Assembly (NCBI GenBank): GCA_963667875.2
Contig: CAXXGC010000009.1
Location: 474,312 to 506,311 of the forward strand
Direction of reading: 5' to 3'
DNA length: 32,000 bases
From: Melioribacteraceae bacterium
GTDB taxonomy: Bacteria > Bacteroidota > Ignavibacteria > Ignavibacteriales > Melioribacteraceae
Both the position numbers and the translations under genes were made by a program. Position 1 is the first letter of the stretch. The number at the start of each line of letters is the position of its first letter. Positions 1 to 7,661 of the stretch are shown here, one piece after another. The notes below the pieces were generated by a model. The model did not search any database. It had not been told where the DNA came from and saw only the letters and a list, made by a program, of their open reading frames with translations.

Positions 1-536
1 TCTTTCGATTGGGCTTTTATTATTAAATTATCGTTCTTCAGATCGATCGAAATTTGTTTTGATTTTAATTTTAGTTGATTTTTTTTAGTAACCAGCTCAT
101 CATTAAGTCTTAATAAGTGGTTTTTAAGATATTTTATTTCAAGTTTGGTGTTGCTTCTTTTTTGAAAAGTAACCTTTGAAATTTCTTTAATATTTGTGTT
201 ATATTTCCTATCTAATTTCTTAATAGGTTTAATTAAATTTTTAAGAGTTTGAATATGATTTTTAAGTTCTAATTTTTTCTCCTCAAGAATTGTAATATCA
301 CTCTCAAGATTCTTTGATTCATTAGTTACCTCTTCCATCAAGGTAATAATGTCTTTATGCGAGCTCTCTATAATAGAAGTCTCCGCATTGATTACGGTTT
401 CTGGAACTTGGGAATCTTTTTGTAGTTCTGATTCTTTTATGGATTCCGGTTTTGCATCCGGTGTATTTCCATTGGTTTTTTTGTCCTTTGTTACAGGAGG
501 GGTTGGTTCATTAGAATTTTGCATTTTTTCTTTCAT
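1..536 (-). CDS. hypothetical coiled-coil protein, N-terminal part only (runs off the left edge)
   Basis: Absent from the ORF track because it has no stop in the window. My reverse-strand translation from the ATG (complement of 534-536) stays open to position 1: MKEKMQNSNEPTPPVTKDKK...ITILEEKKLELKNHIQTLKNLIKPIKK... AGGAG (complement of 543-547) lies 6 nt upstream. The K/E/L-rich heptad-like composition suggests a coiled coil. Track ORF 349..549(+) is its antisense shadow. Confidence 0.6.
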   Translation of the reverse strand, partial: MKEKMQNSNEPTPPVTKDKKTNGNTPDAKPESIKESELQKDSQVPETVINAETSIIESSHKDIITLMEEVTNESKNLESDITILEEKKLELKNHIQTLKNLIKPIKKLDRKYNTNIKEISKVTFQKRSNTKLEIKYLKNHLLRLNDELVTKKNQLKLKSKQISIDLKNDNLIIKAQSK

Positions 537-569
537 TTGGTACTCCTAAAAATTAATTAGTATTTTATT

Positions 570-591
570 ATCAAAGCATTTAAGCTTTGAT
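570..591. promoter_or_regulatory. perfect palindrome ATCAAAGC-ATTTAA-GCTTTGAT, candidate operator or hairpin upstream of the truncated coiled-coil gene
   Basis: 8-bp arms (570-577 / 584-591) with a 6-nt spacer, about 30 nt upstream of the minus-strand ATG at 536. No T-run follows on either strand, so it does not look like an intrinsic terminator. Confidence 0.25.
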
Positions 592-715
592 GTAAAATTA
601 ATAAAGGAGCATCACGCAGACCGTTAGAAGATATCAAGCGAAGGGACTATTTTGCTTGACGAAAATTATCTATATTGAACGAACTGAAAAGAATTAATTT
701 GTGAGGATTAAAGAT

Positions 716-2407
716 TTAATTTAGAAGATTGGATGGAGTTATAGTGACTGCATATTTATTTTTATGATTAAAAAAATAGTAACCTTTTGAAGCGGAAATT
801 GTTTCTTTTATAAATTCATGCAAATTTTTATACTTTTTTAATCTGCTTAATGCCCCGCTAATATTCCCCCTGTCGGATTCGCAAAGACCTAATTCATCTT
901 TACCCCAAAGTTTGATGGTTTGGTTTCTTTTTTTCATGAGGGCTTCATCTCCTCTATATCTTACCGATATATCCATGATGTCCGTACTGCTAATTTCATT
1001 TTTACTATTTATGATTATTAGCAAGTATAATAATCCAATGTTTCCATCATCTTTGATAGTTGGAATTTTCCCGAGCCCACTAATAATCCATTCGTCATCT
1101 ACTTTTTCAAAAACAACTTTTTTAGGAGGAGGAGTCTCATCTTGCTTTTTGCGTATTTCTGTTTCATAATTTATTTTTTCTTCTAATAAATACCAAAACT
1201 GGATGTTATTCATTAAATCCTTATATTCGATTTGTGAAAAATCATTGATGCATTTATATAGAATTTCAATATCATCAATTTGTGGAATCACTTTTTCAAG
1301 AAGATTTTTTTCGACAAGCGGATAAAGTCTCCAATAATCATCACCTTGAAAGATATTTCGATCTCTTAATAATGATATAAAAATGCCTGTTATATGTTTT
1401 CTAATCTCGTTGCCTTGTGGAATTTCAATGTTATCATAATAATAAAAATACTTTGAATTAACATTACGGATTGCTTGAAGAATAACATGTGATTGATCTT
1501 CAGTTTCTTTAACCCTTTCGTGTAATTCGTGATAACCGATAGGATCGTTAATACTATCAAAATTTTGAATAACGGCGGATTTATTTTCTGACTGGATTGC
1601 TTTAAGGTCCTTAGGCATTGAATAGTATATTCTATCTTTACCAAATAATATTTGTTCAGTAGCTCTACTAGTTAGAAATGTATCATGTCCATAGAAATGG
1701 AGTTTAGTATTTGAAGTTGAAATGATTTTATAATAGAGACTATTTTCAAAATATTTTAGTGGGTTTACCGGTCTATATTCTCTAAGTTTCCATGGTTTTT
1801 CCGGCATGTTTTCGTTATAATTTTCTCTAGTCTTTACAAGTTCGTTATAAATTTGCAGATATTTTCCTTTACTAATAGAATATGAACCCACTTCCGCCTT
1901 TAATTTTGCCGTATAATTTTCTATCTGAATCAATACTTTGTTATCAGGTAAACTCTCAATTAATATATGAGATGCTTTTTTTATCAATGGACAAAAGAAA
2001 AAGAATGATTTTAGACTTTTAGATAAAGAATTAAGCGTTTTATCATTTTCATAAAATATAATGGATATTTCATTGATTAACGTTTCAATTTTCTTCCTTC
2101 TCTTTTCATTTCGTAATTTAATTGGATAAGGGAAAAAATCGCAAATTTCAGCCATTAATTTTTTTTCATCGGGATAATCTTCAGGATCAGCAGAAAAATT
2201 TCTAAAAATTGCTAAGATAGATGATTCGTCGATTTCAAGCTTCTCAAGTAAAAAAACTATTTCATGTACGTCGTTTAGTAAATTATCGGATAACTGATAT
2301 AATGATTCATAAATAGTACAAGCTTCTTTATATGTGAATGCTTTAACTGCGGCAATATTAATTAATTTGGATGATTCGATGTGTTGATTTTCGTAAATAA
2401 AGATCAT
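716..2407 (-). CDS. hypothetical protein, 563 aa, no motif recognised
   Basis: Long uninterrupted ORF with an ATG start and AAGG (complement of 2413-2416) 5 nt upstream. I recognised no catalytic or nucleotide-binding motif. Overlapping short ORFs 912..1169(+) and 1390..1644(-) are treated as shadows. Confidence 0.75.
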   Translation of the reverse strand: MIFIYENQHIESSKLINIAAVKAFTYKEACTIYESLYQLSDNLLNDVHEIVFLLEKLEIDESSILAIFRNFSADPEDYPDEKKLMAEICDFFPYPIKLRNEKRRKKIETLINEISIIFYENDKTLNSLSKSLKSFFFFCPLIKKASHILIESLPDNKVLIQIENYTAKLKAEVGSYSISKGKYLQIYNELVKTRENYNENMPEKPWKLREYRPVNPLKYFENSLYYKIISTSNTKLHFYGHDTFLTSRATEQILFGKDRIYYSMPKDLKAIQSENKSAVIQNFDSINDPIGYHELHERVKETEDQSHVILQAIRNVNSKYFYYYDNIEIPQGNEIRKHITGIFISLLRDRNIFQGDDYWRLYPLVEKNLLEKVIPQIDDIEILYKCINDFSQIEYKDLMNNIQFWYLLEEKINYETEIRKKQDETPPPKKVVFEKVDDEWIISGLGKIPTIKDDGNIGLLYLLIIINSKNEISSTDIMDISVRYRGDEALMKKRNQTIKLWGKDELGLCESDRGNISGALSRLKKYKNLHEFIKETISASKGYYFFNHKNKYAVTITPSNLLN

Positions 2408-2609
2408 TTATACCTTTGCAAATTTCTGTGCTATTGAATATTTAGAAAACATATAAAATTACAAAAAAAAGAAATGAAATTAAACTTTCTTTACTTAACA
2501 AATTAGTGCTTTTATAAATTATTATCCGTGGTTTGTATTTTTTGTTCCTTAAAAATAGATTTTTGAAATATCATGTGGAATACTTATTTTAGAATGTACC
2601 ATATAAATT

Positions 2610-3770
2610 TTGAATACAAATCAATTATTGTCAAACCTATGTAATGGGATTATGGAAATTGCATTATTTTTCTCTGGCTCTAAAACACTTTTAGGTGTTA
2701 AATATAATAATGGGAAAATTGAAAATCGAGTTATTGATCCTTTTTTATTATTTAATGATCCATTGACTTTTGTTGATAGATTTATTTTGACGCTAAAAAA
2801 CTGTTTTGATATCCAAAATCCAAAAGAAATAAATCGAATATATTTTGGTATTCAAGGAATTATTAATGAAAAATCAGGGAAAGTAATTAATTGTGAAGCT
2901 CTTGATCAATTAACAATGGCTAAAAGTTATTCCGGATTTTCTTTTAAGGAGAATTTTGGAAAAATTATTGGTGAAGAAAACGTCTTTGTTTTTAATGATA
3001 CTTTGGCTGTTAGTATGGGAGTGGGAGATTTTATGCCAAAAAATAAGTCTACTATTGTATATCTAATTGATAAAGAAACTAGTGTGAGTTATATTAATCA
3101 AATAGGTGGCGTCAAACTAATTGAGCTCGGAAATCTTAAATTGCCAAAAGAATTGGCAGATTCTTCAATTGCTCAACTCGCAGGACCATCTATTCATGAA
3201 ATACTTTTCTCGGGCGACAAAGATGTCTTTGGAACTTATACAACAAATTTTATTGGTTCAGTTCAAGTGTTATTTAGGAGTGTTGACATATTAATAGAAG
3301 TTTTTGCAAAATTAATAGACCCTTGGGTGCCTCTGTTCAATTTATCTAAAAAGCTTTTGGATAAATTTACGTCAGCTTCAAAGAAAACTACGGATAACAG
3401 AGTGTTCGTATGGTCAGTTTATGAAGAATACATCAACAAAAACCAATTGAAAGATTCCGGATTAGGGGAAATTATTTCTTTCCCAAAAGATGAAAATCAA
3501 AAAAATTTAATTCCAATATTGGGGTGTTTCGCGTATCCTAAACAGTTAAAACTTACCAGTCAAACAATTAAAAGAATAGAATACATATCAAATTCTAAAT
3601 CCGTGTATCAATTTACAGAATATTCCGACTTCGAAACTCATTGGAATACAAACCACACTTTCGCAAGTCCGAAAAATGAATACCATATTTTTTATTCTGA
3701 TGATTCAGTAAAAATTCGCAAAATGGCTGATATTAAGGAAAAAAAAGATTTAGAAGAGTTCATTTTTTAG
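2610..3770 (+). CDS. ROK/ASKHA-fold sugar-kinase-like protein with degenerate phosphate-binding motifs and an uncharacterised C-terminal half
   Basis: The layout resembles ROK-family kinases. MEIALFFSGSKTLLGV sits where DIGGT is expected, RIYFGIQGIINEKSGKV resembles igiGvpG.vd..g.v, VFVFNDTLAVSMGV resembles veNDanaaalgE, and IVYLIDKETSVSYI sits where tlGTGiG is expected. The glycine-rich motifs are not conserved. The track start is TTG at 2610; ATG at 2652 (MEIALFF) is an alternative. Confidence 0.45.
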   Translation: MNTNQLLSNLCNGIMEIALFFSGSKTLLGVKYNNGKIENRVIDPFLLFNDPLTFVDRFILTLKNCFDIQNPKEINRIYFGIQGIINEKSGKVINCEALDQLTMAKSYSGFSFKENFGKIIGEENVFVFNDTLAVSMGVGDFMPKNKSTIVYLIDKETSVSYINQIGGVKLIELGNLKLPKELADSSIAQLAGPSIHEILFSGDKDVFGTYTTNFIGSVQVLFRSVDILIEVFAKLIDPWVPLFNLSKKLLDKFTSASKKTTDNRVFVWSVYEEYINKNQLKDSGLGEIISFPKDENQKNLIPILGCFAYPKQLKLTSQTIKRIEYISNSKSVYQFTEYSDFETHWNTNHTFASPKNEYHIFYSDDSVKIRKMADIKEKKDLEEFIF

Positions 3771-3824
3771 TGTTAATCTTCATATTGTAGGTTAAGATTG
3801 ATGAGTGAATGAATAAATCTTTAA

Positions 3825-3853
3825 TAAGTATTTGGGGCGGGTTTTGTTGGGCT
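3825..3853. repeat. copy 1 of intergenic direct repeat TAAGTATTT...GGGGCGGGTTTTGTTGGGCT
   Basis: The identical 20-mer GGGGCGGGTTTTGTTGGGCT occurs at 3834-3853 and 4262-4281. Both copies are preceded by TAAGTATTT, and copy 2 has a few extra bases in between. These are GC-rich islands in a very AT-rich spacer. Confidence 0.8.
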
Positions 3854-4064
3854 TGTCGCTTGTATAAATTAATATCATGTTATTTCCTTATTGCAGTATA
3901 CTTACAAAAGAATACGAATTATAAAAACTAGCCTGAATTTTTACTGCACAAATTATATTAAAAGGGCGTAACACGTTATAATACAATAGATTAGCAATTT
4001 ACAACTTATTTTTACCCTGTTAATGACTCTAAAATTCGTCATAAATATTAATTTTAACCTCCAG

Positions 4065-4258
4065 ATTTTGTTAAAAAAACAATTTGAGCCCCTCAACATT
4101 CATTAAAAAATAATTTCCACTTAAAATTTTTATCAAAAAATCGTTTCTACTTATGATTTTGTTGCTATAAGACGTTTTAACTGTTAAATTTTTGAAAAAA
4201 AGGTTGTTTGACTTCAATGAAATTATAAAAAAGTGTTTTTTAATTGTAAGTATTTTTA
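4065..4258. repeat. degenerate tandem array of about six units, about 30-33 bp period (T-AAAAAA-N-TTT-N-ACTT...)
   Basis: A-tracts recur near 4073, 4105, 4134, 4193 and 4227. The best unit pair is ttaaaaaataatttccacttaaaattttta (4103-4132) against tcaaaaaatcgtttctacttatgattttgt (4133-4162), identical at roughly two thirds of positions by eye. The other units are weaker. Confidence 0.45.
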
Positions 4259-4281
4259 TTGGGGGCGGGTTTTGTTGGGCT
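4247..4281. repeat. copy 2 of intergenic direct repeat TAAGTATTT...GGGGCGGGTTTTGTTGGGCT
   Basis: See copy 1. The 20-mer cores are 428 bp apart and in the same orientation. Confidence 0.8.
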
Positions 4282-4495
4282 GTTGGTTTATCATACTTCT
4301 TCTTATAGATTTATAGCTGAACATAAAATTGACTAATATATTGATCCGGCTGACTCACCTTTCTATTATTTATAAATCAAATCAAATTCCTTATTTGTAT
4401 TCAAATAAAAGATTTATACAATTTTCAAAATTATAAACAGATATTTATTTCCTCAAATCCTCTCTGATTATTAATAGTATTACTAACAGTTATAC

Positions 4496-4524
4496 AAAAA
4501 AAGAGTACCTCAAAGAAGTACTCT
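4496..4524 (-). terminator. rho-independent terminator candidate for the Gly/Ala-rich small gene
   Basis: The minus strand reads AGAGTAC-TTCTTTGAG-GTACTCT followed by TTTTTT. This is a 7-bp stem (4518-4524 / 4502-4508) with a 9-nt loop and a T-run (4496-4501), about 55 nt downstream of the stop at 4580. Confidence 0.55.
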
Positions 4525-4579
4525 ACATTAATACTGGTTAGCAAAAGTAACAGATTCTACCAAGTTTACCTGATATAAT

Positions 4580-4825
4580 TTACTTCCTAGCCAATCTCCA
4601 AATACCGTATGTTGCAGCCGCAACTGCTAATGGAGCAGCAGCTGTAATAGCAATGCCTGCCACCATTCCACCTCCAACAACCGATCCAATAGCTGCAAGT
4701 CCTGTTGTGATTCCAGTTGCGCTTAATCCTGCTGTGCCGGCAGCTGCTACGGTCCCAACTGCACCACCTACAGTTGCTGTTCCTGCTACGCCGGCTGCTA
4801 CTTTTGCTTCAGTTTCTTTTTCCAT
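4580..4825 (-). CDS. small Gly/Ala-rich (glycine-zipper-like) membrane protein, 81 aa
   Basis: ATG start with GGGGAG (complement of 4830-4835) 4 nt upstream and the terminator candidate downstream. The sequence is almost entirely G/A/T/V (GxxxG-type spacing) and ends with the basic tail IWRLARK. It forms a local GC-rich island. The Pro/Ala-rich + strand ORF 4653..4901 is its mirror image. Confidence 0.6.
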   Translation of the reverse strand: MEKETEAKVAAGVAGTATVGGAVGTVAAAGTAGLSATGITTGLAAIGSVVGGGMVAGIAITAAAPLAVAAATYGIWRLARK

Positions 4826-5102
4826 TTTTCTCCCCTTTTATTTATTAATTGCTCTTTTTATTATAAGAGACCCTTCTTTATATCCTATATTTCTTTATTA
4901 AATGTATCTTGAATTTTTTACAGTATTTATGAGCTCGTTGGGTATTAAATAATCACATTCAACATCGGCTCTGATTCCTTCTGACTAATTTGATGGCTTC
5001 ATACTGTTAATATTTTTGCGAACCATCAAATAAAATTTTGAGAAAATCTACTATCAACGATAATCTATTTTATTATTCTTAAATCAAATATAAAATGGTT
5101 CA

Positions 5103-5711
5103 TTATTGTGTTGACATAAAATACCAAATCGAATCATCCATTACACTTCGTGGTATATTAAGAAAATCGGCTGCATATTCAACAATTTTTTTAATATTAA
5201 AATAATTACTTTCATTAATTCCGGCATTTTTGCAATATGTTATTATATGTCTATCAACAGCTATTGTATCAAGACCTAATAATTTTTGAGTGTAATTTAT
5301 TGTTTTGGGTCCGATCCCCTTTATTGCAATAAGTTCCTGATGATTTCTTAAATCTTTAATGAAATTCTTAAAATCAGTACATTTATTAATATTATGATTT
5401 GATAAAAAGACCAACAAATCTTTCATTAAATTTATTTTTCTTTTATTCTTGCATTGTAAAGCATATTCAATCCCATGAATTTCAATAAAAGCGACATAGT
5501 CTTTTAGTGTATTTTTTTTATTAAGTACATTTAATATAAATGATACACGTGGTAAGACTACATTCTCGTAGCTTAATCCTGCTTGTAAGACAATATCGGT
5601 GAGTAAGGCTCCCATATTATTATAATCGTAAGAATTCTTTTTTACAATTCTTAAATTTGTGCTTGAAATATAATTAGCTAATTTTCTTGCATTTTTTGTT
5701 TCTTCAACCAT
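5103..5711 (-). CDS. HhH-GPD superfamily (endonuclease III-like) DNA glycosylase-like protein, 202 aa, no Fe-S cysteine cluster
   Basis: IKGIGPKTINYTQKLLGLDTIAVDRHI aligns by eye with the Nth segment [28 protein letters not shown]. The lysine (K136) and aspartate (D153) positions are conserved. The C-terminus has no Cx6Cx2Cx5C cluster. The start overlaps the stop of the upstream gene by 8 nt. Confidence 0.6.
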   Translation of the reverse strand: MVEETKNARKLANYISSTNLRIVKKNSYDYNNMGALLTDIVLQAGLSYENVVLPRVSFILNVLNKKNTLKDYVAFIEIHGIEYALQCKNKRKINLMKDLLVFLSNHNINKCTDFKNFIKDLRNHQELIAIKGIGPKTINYTQKLLGLDTIAVDRHIITYCKNAGINESNYFNIKKIVEYAADFLNIPRSVMDDSIWYFMSTQ

Positions 5712-6339
5712 TTATAATTTCTTCCGATATTTTTTTTAACGCATCTATTCGATCAACACAATTTGGGCAAGCTCCACAAGGAATTATATCCGAAGCCTGG
5801 CATGAAAAAGTCCTCCCAATAGGAACTGCAAGTTCAATTCCAATTTGGGCCACTTCATATTTGGTCTTGAATCTGAATGGCATTTGTATTATCTGAGATG
5901 AATTTTGCTTAATAAATACATCAATATTGTTAAAATAATCTGCTGTACAATCAATTTCTTTTGCATGATTACTGTTAATAAATGCCGAAAAAACTTCTTT
6001 GATTCCTAAAGTATTAGCATAAGATAAACCAACTGTCAAAAGGAGTAAATTTCGAAACGGTAATATTAAATCATCCGCAGTAGTGTGAGTTTCCCATAAA
6101 TTTCTTTTATAAATAAAACATGAGTCGGATTTCTTATATAAATTATTAATTGTTATTATTTCAAGGTTTTGTACAACAGTGTTAGGCAAAAGTTCTTTTA
6201 ATGTATCAAGTTCAGTTTTGGCACATATTTGTCCATAATCAACAAATAATGGATAAACATCATATTCTTTCTTTTTTAACCAATATGCAAGCGTCGTAGA
6301 ATCCATACCCCCTGACGCTAATAGTACGCATTTCTTCAT
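5704..6339 (-). CDS. QueC-like PP-loop ATPase (7-cyano-7-deazaguanine synthase family), divergent
   Basis: N-terminal PP-loop VLLASGGMDSTT (SGGMDS = complement of 6298-6315). LPFRNLLLL matches the QueC vPgRNl.fl segment. The C-terminal zinc-type motif SCQ...PCGACPNC matches QueC C..CGxCxxC. The middle region (EIDCTADYF) differs from the canonical YPDCR-type segment as I remember it. A 4-nt ATGA overlap joins it to the upstream gene. Confidence 0.7.
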   Translation of the reverse strand: MKKCVLLASGGMDSTTLAYWLKKKEYDVYPLFVDYGQICAKTELDTLKELLPNTVVQNLEIITINNLYKKSDSCFIYKRNLWETHTTADDLILPFRNLLLLTVGLSYANTLGIKEVFSAFINSNHAKEIDCTADYFNNIDVFIKQNSSQIIQMPFRFKTKYEVAQIGIELAVPIGRTFSCQASDIIPCGACPNCVDRIDALKKISEEIING

Positions 6340-7661
6340 ATTTTCTCGCCGATTAATTCAAATATCTTTGTAATTATTTCATCAAAATCCGCAGATACAA
6401 GATCTGGTAAAAACTTTAACATATTATTTTGCGCGATATTATTAGGATCGTATACGATAACCGATTTGTTTAAGGCTTTAGCATAACCAATTTCAATTAG
6501 GGTGCCGGGGTCATTAAAAATTAATATCGCTAATAATAAATTGCAGCTGTTTATCAGATCTAAGTCTTTATTAAAAATTGTTAGTTTGTCTTTTTCGCTG
6601 GATTGATTATTTATCTCGCCATTTTCTTTAATTGGACGGTGGGGATTAAAATTGTGATATTTTAAGGAATTGTAAACAAAATCAATTATTTGTGTGTCAA
6701 CATAAGAGAAATCTGGAGCCGCCAAATAAATATGAATTTCTGAACGTTTTTCCCATGGTAAAGAAATGCCAACATGGGCATTAATAATCTTTTCGTTAAA
6801 GTTTTTAATAGTACTGATTGCTCTACTAAAATTGTCAATATATGTCGTTCTTGAGTATTCCGAGGCAACGATTGAAGCGACGCGATATTTTAATTCTCCC
6901 AAATATTCGCTACAAATAGAAGCTATATCAAAAACATCACCAACTCCTACAGAATGTGTGATTGTATGTGATTGAGAAGGAATTTTTATTTCTTGTTTAG
7001 TAGAAAAATCATAAACTCTACTACCACCCCTATTCTCTTTTAATACCAAATTTTCAGTTAAATTATTGAATAATTGCACAAATTGATTATAATCAACAAA
7101 ACTTTTATTAAAAAAGGTCGACGAGGTTGAAATGAATATTGTATCAAACTTAAAATTGATGGTCTTAAAGACATCGATGTTTTCCACATCGTTTGATAAA
7201 TCAATGTGAATCTTTTTCCCACAATTTGCAATCCTATTAATATTAGGAATTATATGTTGAAAATTCGATTGACCAACTATTAATAATAAATCTGTTATCG
7301 AAGTAAAATTATAAGATTCAAAATTATTTAGATAATTGATCTTGTATTCATCACGTAATATTAAATCATAGTGTTGGCAACCTATTTCTTTAATTTCATC
7401 AATAGTAATAATATTCGGTGCTCCAGTGACATCACCAATCTTTACCATATTTATACAATTATGTTTTTTAAGAAACATTTCAATGCTTCCATCTAAATAG
7501 GCAGGAGCGTTAAATAAAACATCGTAATCAATTCCCAAAGCATATAAAGCACGTATGGCATGCATTATACCCCCCAATCTCATTTTTCTATTTCCGGATT
7601 TTTCCGGTTTTATATTATAATCAATGAGAATATCACCTAATATGCATATTTTTTTATTCAT
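6336..7661 (-). CDS. fusion protein: N-terminal PfkB-family (ribokinase-like) kinase plus C-terminal nucleoside 2-deoxyribosyltransferase-like (NDT/Rcl-like) domain
   Basis: The kinase part has KICILGDILIDY, RLGGIMHAIRALYALG and HSVGVGDVFD (the PfkB GAGD anion-hole motif, complement of 6939-6950). The C-terminal part (about aa 305-441) has IHIYLAAPDF and NDPGTLIEIGYAKALNKSVIVY. The latter matches the NDT family D.GT..E.G.A..G motif, including the catalytic-type Glu. Confidence 0.65.
   Translation of the reverse strand: MNKKICILGDILIDYNIKPEKSGNRKMRLGGIMHAIRALYALGIDYDVLFNAPAYLDGSIEMFLKKHNCINMVKIGDVTGAPNIITIDEIKEIGCQHYDLILRDEYKINYLNNFESYNFTSITDLLLIVGQSNFQHIIPNINRIANCGKKIHIDLSNDVENIDVFKTINFKFDTIFISTSSTFFNKSFVDYNQFVQLFNNLTENLVLKENRGGSRVYDFSTKQEIKIPSQSHTITHSVGVGDVFDIASICSEYLGELKYRVASIVASEYSRTTYIDNFSRAISTIKNFNEKIINAHVGISLPWEKRSEIHIYLAAPDFSYVDTQIIDFVYNSLKYHNFNPHRPIKENGEINNQSSEKDKLTIFNKDLDLINSCNLLLAILIFNDPGTLIEIGYAKALNKSVIVYDPNNIAQNNMLKFLPDLVSADFDEIITKIFELIGEKI

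Noticed and set aside
349-549. Track ORF of 66 aa on the + strand.
   Set aside because: It lies antisense to a much longer open frame on the - strand that starts at 536 with a good AGGAG. It has no SD of its own and an odd composition, so it is probably a shadow ORF.
4065-4258. Possible CRISPR array, suggested by the roughly 30-bp periodicity.
   Set aside because: The units are degenerate rather than conserved repeats alternating with unique spacers. There is no palindromic repeat core and no cas genes in the window.
3834-4281. The GGGGCGGGTTTTGTTGGGCT copies as G-quadruplexes, tRNA fragments or att sites.
   Set aside because: Each copy has only three G-runs, which is not enough for a canonical G4. 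There is no tRNA-like cloverleaf context and no integrase nearby. I kept them as an unexplained repeat rather than assigning a function.
4653-4901. Pro/Ala-rich 82-aa + strand ORF mirroring the Gly/Ala-rich gene.
   Set aside because: The - strand ORF has an ATG with GGGGAG upstream and a stem-loop plus T-run downstream, while the + ORF has neither. GC-rich Gly/Ala codons automatically create an open Pro/Ala frame on the complement.
4988-5031. Hairpin ATTTGATGG / CCATCAAAT downstream of the HhH-GPD gene as the operon terminator.
   Set aside because: The 26-nt loop is large and no T-run follows on the minus strand, so it is too weak to call. It may still be structural.
5687-6975. Short + strand ORFs (5687..5896, 6766..6975) and the nested - ORF 6686..6868 inside the QueC-like and kinase genes.
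   Set aside because: All are embedded in longer ORFs with clear family motifs. They have no SD motifs and are typical low-complexity shadow frames in AT-rich DNA.
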